A stretch of 64,000 nt of DNA from a virus: IMG/VR virus record IMGVR_UViG_3300025682_000001, positions 1-64,000 of that record. One strand, written 5' to 3'. This document shows positions 19,233 to 26,871 of the stretch, piece by piece. Under the pieces are notes generated by a model. It worked only from the letters and a program-made list of their open reading frames with translations, did no database searches and was not told where the DNA came from. The translations under genes and the position numbers were made by a program. Numbering within the stretch: the first letter of the stretch is position 1; the number at the start of each line of letters is the position of its first letter.

Positions 19233-19674
19233 CATCTGTAACAAGTGCAAGAGTGACGCCACGAAGGCCGATATGGAGCTAAGGAGTAAAGGTCACCGTA
19301 TCCACAGGTTCGTGCGTTGCGATGTGTGCGGGAATGAGTGGGAGGAAGTTCTCCGGTGGCATCCGATGGAAGACAATGATGCAATTGCGGATATGCCGTG
19401 TCCGAACTGTGGTGAATACGTGCCTGACGATGCGGATCCGTATATAAAGTATCATCCTGGGCTAAGAGAGGCCATAGTCATCTTCACGTGCAAGGAATGT
19501 GGAGCGCAGTGGCCTGAGGTCTTCGAGGGTGAGCGCGTGGTGATGGCTTCGGAGGCTATTGAGAGAATCCGGGCTGATTTCGTAGACGCGCTCGATACCC
19601 TCGGTGAGGCGTGCAGCGATCTTGATGAGGTAATGGACGCCGATGACTTGAGGGAGGGTTGGAATGTCAACTAA
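19225..19674 (+). CDS. Hypothetical double zinc-ribbon protein
   Basis: ATG at 19225 after GGAGGGGAG. Four CxxC pairs (CNKC, CDVC, CPNC, CKEC). Confidence 0.6.
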   Translation: MSSICNKCKSDATKADMELRSKGHRIHRFVRCDVCGNEWEEVLRWHPMEDNDAIADMPCPNCGEYVPDDADPYIKYHPGLREAIVIFTCKECGAQWPEVFEGERVVMASEAIERIRADFVDALDTLGEACSDLDEVMDADDLREGWNVN

Positions 19675-20152
19675 GTTCTACAAAACAACGCTCACCGTAG
19701 AGGTGTTGACGGAGGGTCCTCTTCCCGAGGAAACGGATGCGCGGGACATAGTTCTCAATCGGAAGTGGATCCACCTGAAGAAAGACAGCGAGACGAAGGA
19801 GATCAGCACGCAGCAGGCCCTCAAGGAGCTGAAGCTTGCCAAGATAGATCCCGCGCGCGCCGGGCTCTGCTCGGATGGAAGTCTAATAGCAGACGGTCTG
19901 AGGCTGGATTGGAGACAGATGCCACGTCGCACCGATATGTGGCAAACGGCACAGTCCTATGAGAATAAGCCGTTAGCGATAGTTGGCCGGTGGCTAATGG
20001 GCGACGACATACGCTACAAGATCTACATGAACAATGGGGAGTCAGCCCCGATTTACCACAGCAAGGAAGAGGCCATGTTCGCTGCAGAATCAAAGATCCG
20101 CGCCGCAGTCAGTGCCTTAGCGAACACACTAGGAGGGCGAAATGTCCAGTGA
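19664..20152 (+). CDS. Hypothetical protein, paralogue of the next gene
   Basis: 162-aa ORF. Shares F(Y/H)K..L.(V/L).(V/L)L.(E/S)...AK.D(I/P)...G(L)..DG..L...L.LDW with 20142-20546. Confidence 0.6.
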   Translation: MSTKFYKTTLTVEVLTEGPLPEETDARDIVLNRKWIHLKKDSETKEISTQQALKELKLAKIDPARAGLCSDGSLIADGLRLDWRQMPRRTDMWQTAQSYENKPLAIVGRWLMGDDIRYKIYMNNGESAPIYHSKEEAMFAAESKIRAAVSALANTLGGRNVQ

Positions 20153-20546
20153 CCGTAAGTTTCACCGCGCGAAGATCCAGCTCGACCTGTTGTCGAGCGA
20201 GCAGTTACTCTACCACAGCGTGGCGGACCTGATGCGTGCGGTTGAGAACGGCGTCGTGATCAGGTTACCCGGTGAGAACTTATACTCTGATGTCGATGCA
20301 AAGCAGGCGGCAAAGCTACTCAAGGACGCCGACATCTCGCCTGAGGTTGTCGGCCTCACTAAGGATGGGGCAGACCTGAACTCAGTGCTGGGGCTTGACT
20401 GGCATATAGTGGGCTCACCGGCGGAGTGCAACTGGGTGGCATTCGCTGGACTAGTCGATGGGGACACTCTTCAGATTCGTGTTCGCCCTATCGACTATGA
20501 CGATGAAGTCGGCGAAAAGGAGGCGTGCAATGCACGCATGGTATGA
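20142..20546 (+). CDS. Hypothetical protein, paralogue of the previous gene
   Basis: 134-aa ORF overlapping its neighbour by 11 nt. Confidence 0.6.
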   Translation: MSSDRKFHRAKIQLDLLSSEQLLYHSVADLMRAVENGVVIRLPGENLYSDVDAKQAAKLLKDADISPEVVGLTKDGADLNSVLGLDWHIVGSPAECNWVAFAGLVDGDTLQIRVRPIDYDDEVGEKEACNARMV

Positions 20547-20805
20547 TTCTGCTACCAACCCTTGGTGTGGTGTGCAAAACACCACACCATGGGACGGACT
20601 TCTCCCCCGGATGGGGGAGATTATATTCTTCTCCGCCCGCCCCCGGGCGGAGGCCACCCAATGGGGGTGGCTCTCCTGCGAAGTAGATGACGCAGGAGAA
20701 TATTACAACTTCGGTCCCGCAGGATGCGGGATCGAAGAATCTAGGAATCTAACCGAAGAAGAGGCCTGGCTCATCATCGAAACCCTCCGCTCCGTAATGG
20801 AGTAG
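20530..20805 (+). CDS. Hypothetical protein (about 91 aa)
   Basis: ATG at 20530 preceded by AAAGGAGG. The longer track ORF (20458) overlaps the previous gene. Confidence 0.55.
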   Translation: MHAWYDSATNPWCGVQNTTPWDGLLPRMGEIIFFSARPRAEATQWGWLSCEVDDAGEYYNFGPAGCGIEESRNLTEEEAWLIIETLRSVME

Positions 20806-20812
20806 GAGGGGG

Positions 20813-20855
20813 AAACCACCGACCCGATTGGGGGCTCCGGTGGTTTTTTATTTTC
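20813..20855 (+). terminator. Rho-independent terminator
   Basis: AAACCACCG-(16-nt loop)-CGGTGGTTT followed by a T-run. Confidence 0.8.
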
Positions 20856-20858
20856 CAC

Positions 20859-20888
20859 TTGACAAGACGGGTGTTTATGCGTTATAAA
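20859..20888 (+). promoter_or_regulatory. Sigma-70-like promoter (TTGACA-N17/18-TATAAA) containing the recurring ATGCGTTATAAAC motif
   Basis: TTGACA at 20859-20864. TTATAA/TATAAA at 20882-20888. Lies 41 nt upstream of the next start codon. Confidence 0.6.
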
Positions 20889-20929
20889 CATGGCGATGCG
20901 CGTGTTAGTCTTAAACCGAGGAGGAGCGC

Positions 20930-21166
20930 ATGAGCGAATACCTTAAAAGTGATTGCGTAAAGCCTTTAGGGTGTCCGGGGGTAAGGGCTGTCGCGCGGCG
21001 CGAAACTGCCTACACGAGAGAACGGGCTGATTGCGATAACGACGCCGACAAAACATCATTTATCGACGTGGCTTTTATACTTCTCTTGCCGGTGATAGCG
21101 CACCTTGTAGAGAGCCGCGCGTACCATAATGCCCGAAAGGGCATAAGCAAGGAGGGACCGCAATGA
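20930..21166 (+). CDS. Hypothetical protein with one hydrophobic helix
   Basis: 78-aa ORF with a GAGGAGG RBS. Hydrophobic segment FIDVAFILLLPVIAHLV. Confidence 0.5.
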   Translation: MSEYLKSDCVKPLGCPGVRAVARRETAYTRERADCDNDADKTSFIDVAFILLLPVIAHLVESRAYHNARKGISKEGPQ

Positions 21167-21249
21167 CGGCTGCTTTGTGGGTAATCGCTGTTATGCTTGC
21201 CGTGCTTCTCGCACCGGCAATATTATACCTACTGCTAACTAGAAAGTGA
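21163..21249 (+). CDS. Small hydrophobic peptide (28 aa)
   Basis: ATG overlaps the previous stop (ATGA), preceded by AAGGAGGG. Sequence MTAALWVIAVMLAVLLAPAILYLLLTRK. Below the ORF-track length cutoff. Confidence 0.4.
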   Translation: MTAALWVIAVMLAVLLAPAILYLLLTRK

Positions 21250-21256
21250 GGGCGGC

Positions 21257-23356
21257 ATGCAGATCAGACACTACGACGAACGCGACTTGCAACGGAAAAT
21301 CGCGCGGAAAATCTCCAGTGGCGACTTCACGTTTCAAGTATGCCCTAGCTCTTATTTCTGTGATATACGAGATAGCTTGCATGGCATTTTTATCGAGGTG
21401 AAACCTAAGGCGGGCGGGTATGCTCAATTGCTGTACGGCGTCTATCGAGAATTCGGAAGCGATGGAGAGCGCAACTTCACCCCGCAAATGCTAGGCGTGG
21501 CTAATGATAGCGAGATACAATTCTTCAACGTGCCTGAGTATGGCTTATTGCAGGAGTTCGCCAGATCAATAGATCCGTCATTAACACTAGCCCCATCGTC
21601 AGTGCCGCATAATCGCAATGCTGAAGCGCAGGCGATATTGGGCACGCCATTTGCCATTAATCATTACGACGAGCCACTCGATTTTCACTCGCCTTATGTA
21701 TTCATCAACGAGCGCAATGTCATGTATATCATGTCTAGGCTTGAGCGTTACGATGTCGATGTGCGAGAGCTGATCCTCAAGATCGCCGACGTATACATTA
21801 ATCAAGGCGAGATAGTCCTACTGCGTACTGGTGGTATTTCTGATAACATTGACGGCTCCACGGTGCGTGCCAAGAGGATACGCCCCGAGGATGAGTCTTT
21901 CGTTAAGGCGCTTAGAGTCACGCCGCGATCAGTTGAAGTCCTGCGCGCGCATTTCGATGAGTATGATCGCATTGAGGATCGCCGCGTGCTCGGCAAGTTC
22001 TACACGAAGCCGGAGTTGGCGAACCGCGTGCATGACATCATCCTTCAACATGTGGACCCGGACTTCATACTCGAACCCTATGCGGGGAGCGGGTCACTCG
22101 TGACTCCATTCGTGGACACTCCGGGGATAATGAACGATATCTCGCTGGAGGACATAGAAATCGCACGCATGACCTTCGAGGGGACTGCGTGGCGGGCTGA
22201 TAATATAGACTGCATCAATGCGTTTTCCGCCGAGGAGTTGATAGATCGTTGGGGCTTGAGAGACGTGTGGACCGAGCGGTCGGTGATATTCACGAACCCG
22301 CCGTTTGGCTCTAGTCGGAGTAAGAAAAGTCCGGTACATGATGACCAGCATATTGCCGGAATGCGTGTTGATCCCCCTGAGAATCTTAAGCAGTATGGAA
22401 GACAAGATCGTATGCTTCCCGCAATTGGACAGCTTATTGAAGTGATGAAACAATTAGGGACAGGGTATCTTGCCTTCTTCTCTCCTCTCGGACTCTTTCT
22501 CGGTCGGAGAAGTTACAACGCTTGCCTCTCAATACTGCTAGAAAACTTTGATTTCTATTCAGGTCTTGTTATCCGTGGATCGGAGTTTAATGAAGTAAAC
22601 TCGGACAAACCGATAGCATTCACAATCTGGAAGTTTGGAGGACGAACACAACACCTGGATATCGAATTTCGGATTGAAGGCCAGACAGTCAAACTCGGAG
22701 AAGGTACATTCTTGAAGGATGTTTGGAACGCATACGCAGAAGACTGTGATGGTCATAACCTTTTGGTGCGGTGTAGCACCGCAATGAATGACCCCTATCC
22801 AGCTATCTACTCGTGTCCCGAGTATCGTGAAGGAGCTAGAATGCCGGGAGCTAGGGTTTTGCCGGTTAATGTTACGGTAGAAGCTCTTTCAAACGGCGTT
22901 CCATCCGAGATTATCTACAGTCTGTGGTCAACACTCGTGGGCCAGCGGGCTATTGTTCCTACGCCCCTAGCTTTTGATAATGCCTATGTCCACATCCCGC
23001 AGGACTTCCGCTCTCCAGAGATGGAGCGCATTCTGGTGTATTCATTATTGTGGAACATACAGGTGGAAACCGTTTCTAACTACACCGGTGGACGCATAGG
23101 CTTCGTCGGCCTCCACCGGATTCTCGTTTTCGGCAACCCCGAGCAGTCAAGGGCTGTACGTGATCTCCTGGATCGCTATCGGGATGAGCCGTGCATGGAT
23201 GAAACCGTGGGTGCGGTACTCGAACACCTGCGCACACGGAACGAGACTGGGTGGGCAGATGATAGAGCTCTCCGCAAAGACCTGCGAGAGCGGCTGTCTA
23301 AATTATTGGACGATATTGGCTATTGGGACCACATCGTGGTTAAGCCTGTGAACTAA
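21257..23356 (+). CDS. N6-adenine DNA methyltransferase (gamma-class motifs), possibly fused to an N-terminal PD-(D/E)XK nuclease (Type IIG/IIL-like)
   Basis: Motif X FYTKPELA, motif I LEPYAGSGSL, motif IV FTNPPFG. The N-terminus has D-x10-E-V-K (CDIRDSLHGIFIEVKP). Confidence 0.75.
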   Translation: MQIRHYDERDLQRKIARKISSGDFTFQVCPSSYFCDIRDSLHGIFIEVKPKAGGYAQLLYGVYREFGSDGERNFTPQMLGVANDSEIQFFNVPEYGLLQEFARSIDPSLTLAPSSVPHNRNAEAQAILGTPFAINHYDEPLDFHSPYVFINERNVMYIMSRLERYDVDVRELILKIADVYINQGEIVLLRTGGISDNIDGSTVRAKRIRPEDESFVKALRVTPRSVEVLRAHFDEYDRIEDRRVLGKFYTKPELANRVHDIILQHVDPDFILEPYAGSGSLVTPFVDTPGIMNDISLEDIEIARMTFEGTAWRADNIDCINAFSAEELIDRWGLRDVWTERSVIFTNPPFGSSRSKKSPVHDDQHIAGMRVDPPENLKQYGRQDRMLPAIGQLIEVMKQLGTGYLAFFSPLGLFLGRRSYNACLSILLENFDFYSGLVIRGSEFNEVNSDKPIAFTIWKFGGRTQHLDIEFRIEGQTVKLGEGTFLKDVWNAYAEDCDGHNLLVRCSTAMNDPYPAIYSCPEYREGARMPGARVLPVNVTVEALSNGVPSEIIYSLWSTLVGQRAIVPTPLAFDNAYVHIPQDFRSPEMERILVYSLLWNIQVETVSNYTGGRIGFVGLHRILVFGNPEQSRAVRDLLDRYRDEPCMDETVGAVLEHLRTRNETGWADDRALRKDLRERLSKLLDDIGYWDHIVVKPVN

Positions 23357-23366
23357 GGAGGACTTG

Positions 23367-23933
23367 ATGAGTCGTCTACCGTTGCTGCCCGGTGATGTCA
23401 TCCTCACCTGGCGCGAGCCTGGCGGGGGATTCAAAGAGTTTTGGAACCGCTATTTTCATCGTGAGTTGATGCGCCTGTCGCGTAAGCGCTATCCTGGCGC
23501 ATTGGATAATGAGCTGAAGGCTGATCACGTTAGGCTGTGCGTAGAGAGTGATGCTGATAGGTGTATCGGTTTTGAATTCACCGGCCCGGCAGCTAGGCAT
23601 TTCTACGTCACGCAAGAGATGCTAAAATGGCCCGGGCTGAGGGTTTATCGCCCTAGGTTTTCGTTGAACAAGCTGCAGCACTCGATCATGGATGCTTCTA
23701 TGCGCTATGATGGCACGCTATATGATCTAGGCGAGTTAATCGCCTTCCGTTGGCCGTGGTTGCACAAGCTAGACTTTGGCTCGCGCAATCGCGTATGCTC
23801 GACGGGGGCTAGGCTATTGCTATCGCACTCGCTGGGGCGCGATGTGCTCCCCGGCATACCTGAGAGGAAGACGCTGCCTTGCGACTTTGCGATGCATGCG
23901 GATTTCTTCAGGATAAACCATCTGGAGGAGTGA
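23367..23933 (+). CDS. Possible permuted papain-like (YaeF/YiiX, NlpC/P60-related) amidase
   Basis: Pattern PGDVIL...ADHV...YD...VCSTGA has the His-before-Cys order of permuted NlpC/P60 enzymes. ATG at 23367 after AAGGAGG. Confidence 0.4.
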   Translation: MSRLPLLPGDVILTWREPGGGFKEFWNRYFHRELMRLSRKRYPGALDNELKADHVRLCVESDADRCIGFEFTGPAARHFYVTQEMLKWPGLRVYRPRFSLNKLQHSIMDASMRYDGTLYDLGELIAFRWPWLHKLDFGSRNRVCSTGARLLLSHSLGRDVLPGIPERKTLPCDFAMHADFFRINHLEE

Positions 23934-23934
23934 C

Positions 23935-24132
23935 ATGGAACGGAAATCACTCGGTCGCACCTTGTACAATGCGGGATTGACGGCGCTTTATACTGGTGGG
24001 ACACTAGCTGTAGCCAAGCTTATTTCTCCCGGCGTGTCGTGGGTGACCATTCCCGCCGCCGCCGTGGGCGCTTTTCTCGGCTATCTAATCGCGCAGTGGT
24101 TGCGCGGGAAGATATGGAGGTCAAGGTCATGA
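23935..24132 (+). CDS. Small membrane protein (65 aa)
   Basis: Two hydrophobic stretches (LTALYTGGTLAVAKLI, VTIPAAAVGAFLGYLIAQWL). Confidence 0.5.
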   Translation: MERKSLGRTLYNAGLTALYTGGTLAVAKLISPGVSWVTIPAAAVGAFLGYLIAQWLRGKIWRSRS

Positions 24133-24326
24133 CAGATTACGCAAAGATCGCATGGCGGCCGGGAGACGTTCAAAGCCTGGCGCCACAACTGAGCGATCAA
24201 CGGGCGGAAGAGTTCTTGCGGCGCAATGAGAAGCGCATACAGGACGCGTTGATAAGTCATGGCCATGTTGTTATCGAAGCCCTGCTGACTGAAGCGGGGA
24301 TAGCCACAGGCGACGACGAAGAGTAA
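24129..24326 (+). CDS. Hypothetical protein (65 aa)
   Basis: ATG at 24129 overlaps the previous stop (ATGA) and is preceded by GGAGG. Confidence 0.5.
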   Translation: MTDYAKIAWRPGDVQSLAPQLSDQRAEEFLRRNEKRIQDALISHGHVVIEALLTEAGIATGDDEE

Positions 24327-24391
24327 ACGAATTGCCCGGCGGGGGTGGTCTCCGCCGGGCGGGTGCGAGAACGACCAAAGCAACGAGTCAT

Positions 24392-24423
24392 GCCCGGCAG
24401 GCCCATCGCCTGCCGGGCTTTCT
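24392..24423 (+). terminator. Rho-independent terminator (second of two similar GC hairpins)
   Basis: GCCCGGCAGG-cccatcg-CCTGCCGGGC followed by TTTCT. A similar hairpin at 24333-24359 lacks a T-tail. Confidence 0.65.
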
Positions 24424-24454
24424 AAACGAAAACTCGGATGTGACAGGAGGAGAG

Positions 24455-24625
24455 ATGCCTGATCTATGGCAGGAGTGTACCTGTGACGACACGCTCAGAT
24501 GCAGTCTCGAAGACTACAAGCAGCTCGAGCGGAAGCTCGAAGCTAGTGCGGAATTATCCGGCCATGGCTTCGAGATAGGGGGCAATCACATTGAAGGCAT
24601 AATGGTCGGCGTTGGAAATACTTAG
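24455..24625 (+). CDS. Hypothetical protein (56 aa)
   Basis: ATG at 24455 after CAGGAGGAG. The upstream part of the track ORF covers the terminator hairpins. Confidence 0.5.
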   Translation: MPDLWQECTCDDTLRCSLEDYKQLERKLEASAELSGHGFEIGGNHIEGIMVGVGNT

Positions 24626-24723
24626 CTGGTTGAACGAAAAACAAGCAATACCGCCAAGGGTAAGCGGCGGCGCTGTTTGCCGTCCGCTTGACCCGCTGGT
24701 TATGCGATTTTTGGAGGTTACAC

Positions 24724-25032
24724 ATGAGACATTATCAAAACACGTTGACCGGTGAAGTAGTCAGCGAGGACGAGTACAGCTATGCAGCGGCCCAGAAAGG
24801 GAATTGGGTGCTGTATCCCAAAATACCGCGATACACGATAGAGACGCCGCCATATGCTGCCGGGAGAACCGAGTTTAACGAAGACGGGAAACTTTGTTAT
24901 TGGGACGATGTGAAAGACATCGTTCGCGAGTTGGAAGAATTAAAGGCCGCCGTGATCGCAAGTTTGATTCTACTCCCGAAAGATAATGACGGAAAGCGGT
25001 TGCTGGAAGACGCGCTTAAGTTTAGCGCATAA
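24724..25032 (+). CDS. Hypothetical protein (102 aa)
   Basis: ATG at 24724 after GGAGG. Confidence 0.55.
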   Translation: MRHYQNTLTGEVVSEDEYSYAAAQKGNWVLYPKIPRYTIETPPYAAGRTEFNEDGKLCYWDDVKDIVRELEELKAAVIASLILLPKDNDGKRLLEDALKFSA

Positions 25033-25041
25033 CAAGGAGAT

Positions 25042-25593
25042 ATGACAATGCAAGAAGACATTGAAGGCAACAAGCCGCATCTGTGCGTGCCGACGTTGGA
25101 CGGAAATGCCCACGTCATTCCGGCGGAAGTGTTCGACAAGATCGTTTCCGGTGAAATGAAGATCACCGACCTGGAGGATTGGGAAATAATCGTCCGGACA
25201 GCCTTTTCGGAATGGCTACGAGGACTGGAAACGGCAGCAAAAGCAAGAGTTTACAAAGCTGCTGTTGACCAATTGGCTGAATCAATGGCGGGCGGCGCTT
25301 GGCAGGACGGGCCCGCGCCGAAAGACGGGTCATGGATACTTGGCCTGTTTCATGGACTGCCCTATGTGGTTGCCTATGACTCGTGGGAAGTCGGCGGTGA
25401 AACCTTGCCTGACGGGTCTGGTTCGCCTCCCGATGGATATGAAAGCGGATGGTGTTTGGCAGGGGACAATCTCCATGTCATGGACAAGGACGAACCAGAA
25501 AAGTGGGCCCGCATCATCCACCCAGACCGGCATATGCCGGCGTCGTGGGACGGGCCCGGAGACCTCGGTTCGGAAGTACTACTACGAGCCTAG
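25042..25593 (+). CDS. Hypothetical protein (183 aa)
   Basis: ORF with an AAGGAG RBS. A +1-frame ORF with a protein-like tail continues to 25729 (see findings). Confidence 0.6.
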   Translation: MTMQEDIEGNKPHLCVPTLDGNAHVIPAEVFDKIVSGEMKITDLEDWEIIVRTAFSEWLRGLETAAKARVYKAAVDQLAESMAGGAWQDGPAPKDGSWILGLFHGLPYVVAYDSWEVGGETLPDGSGSPPDGYESGWCLAGDNLHVMDKDEPEKWARIIHPDRHMPASWDGPGDLGSEVLLRA

Positions 25594-25754
25594 GACGCAC
25601 GAGCTGATCCCAACTTGCGGGGAACGCTACCGCGAGCTTGAGCGTTACGGCAGCCATGAGATGCGGATGCTATCGTGGGAAATAGCGCGCCACCTGGGCG
25701 AGCTAGACGATGAAGAGATATCGGACTGAGTGGCTTTTAAAAGAACCAACCCGT

Positions 25755-25857
25755 GGGGGCTCTGGTTCTTTGCAAGCCCTTGCACTCTCCATGGCCCGCG
25801 CTGCCACGCGGGCTAATCTCGGGGCTGGCTGACAAGGTGTCGGCCGGCCCCAACCTC
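25755..25857. repeat. 103-bp direct repeat, copy 1 (upstream of the RCC1-repeat gene)
   Basis: Identical base for base to 26721-26823. Similarity extends about 15 nt further left with mismatches. Contains GC hairpins (GCCCGCG-ctgcca-CGCGGGC). Confidence 0.95.
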
Positions 25858-25889
25858 CTCCGCCATGGCAGGGGCGGAAAGGGGATGAG

Positions 25890-26699
25890 ATGGATACGAC
25901 CCTCGGCCTGAAGTCGAATGGTTCCATAGCCGCATGGGGGGATAACTACTCCGGCCAGTGCGACGTCCCCTCGCCCAACAGCGGTTTCAAAGCGGTTGCG
26001 GCGGGAGGGTTTCACAGCCTCGGCCTGAGGAACGACGGTTCCATAGTCGCGTGGGGGAATAATTACGAAGGCCAGCGCCACGTTCCCTCGCCCAACAGCG
26101 GTTTCATCGCGGTAGCGGCGGGAAGGTATCACAGCCTCGGCCTGAGGGACGACGGCTCCATAGTCGCGTGGGGGGAGAATGACGACGGCCAGTGCGACGT
26201 CCCCTCGCCCAACAGCGGTTTCATCGCCGTCGCGGCGGGAGCGGGTCACAGCCTCGGACTGAGGGACGACGGCTCCATAGCCGCATGGGGGGATAACTAC
26301 TCCGGCCAGTGCGACGTCCCCTCGCCCAACAGCGGTTTCAAAGCGGTTGCGGCGGGATGGGATCACAGCCTCGGCCTGAGGAACGACGGCTCCATAGCCG
26401 CATGGGGGGGGAACGAATACGGTCAGTGCGACGTCCCCTCGCCCAACAGCGGTTTCATCGCGGTAGCGGCGGGAAATGATCACAGCCTCGGCCTGAGGTC
26501 TGATGGCTCCATAGTCGCGTGGGGATGTAACGGCAACGGCCAGTGCGACGTCCCCTCGCCCAACAGCGGTTTCATCGCAGTCTCGGGGGGAGTGGACCAC
26601 AGCCTTGGCCTGAGAAACGACGGCTCCATAGCCGCATGGGGTTTGAACGACGAAGGCCAGTGCGACGTTCCCTATCCCAACAGCGGTTTCAGAGCGTAG
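25890..26699 (+). CDS. RCC1-repeat (seven-bladed beta-propeller) protein
   Basis: Seven 39-aa repeats of HSLGLR.DGSI.AWG.N..GQCDVPSPNSGF.AVAAG, with a 117-nt DNA periodicity. RBS AAGGGGA. Confidence 0.85.
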   Translation: MDTTLGLKSNGSIAAWGDNYSGQCDVPSPNSGFKAVAAGGFHSLGLRNDGSIVAWGNNYEGQRHVPSPNSGFIAVAAGRYHSLGLRDDGSIVAWGENDDGQCDVPSPNSGFIAVAAGAGHSLGLRDDGSIAAWGDNYSGQCDVPSPNSGFKAVAAGWDHSLGLRNDGSIAAWGGNEYGQCDVPSPNSGFIAVAAGNDHSLGLRSDGSIVAWGCNGNGQCDVPSPNSGFIAVSGGVDHSLGLRNDGSIAAWGLNDEGQCDVPYPNSGFRA

Positions 26700-26720
26700 G
26701 GGAAAAGCACCGACCCGATT

Positions 26721-26823
26721 GGGGGCTCTGGTTCTTTGCAAGCCCTTGCACTCTCCATGGCCCGCGCTGCCACGCGGGCTAATCTCGGGGCTGGCTGACA
26801 AGGTGTCGGCCGGCCCCAACCTC
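26721..26823. repeat. 103-bp direct repeat, copy 2 (downstream of the RCC1-repeat gene)
   Basis: Identical to 25755-25857. Confidence 0.95.
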
Positions 26824-26871
26824 TGGTGTATTTTTTACTAAACCATACCGTGCTTGTGTTATAAATATAAT

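Noticed and set aside
25890-26699. Diversity-generating retroelement target (repeat-rich variable gene)
   Set aside because: There is no reverse transcriptase gene, and no template/variable repeat pair with adenine-specific mismatches in the window. The internal repeats are ordinary RCC1 blades.
25737-26819. 360-aa minus-strand ORF covering the whole RCC1-repeat gene
   Set aside because: It is a shadow of the repetitive GC-rich plus-strand gene. Its translation is a monotonous Arg/Gly/Ala/Val repeat, it has no RBS, and its ends are generated by the 103-bp direct repeats. The plus-strand frame has a textbook RCC1 signature.
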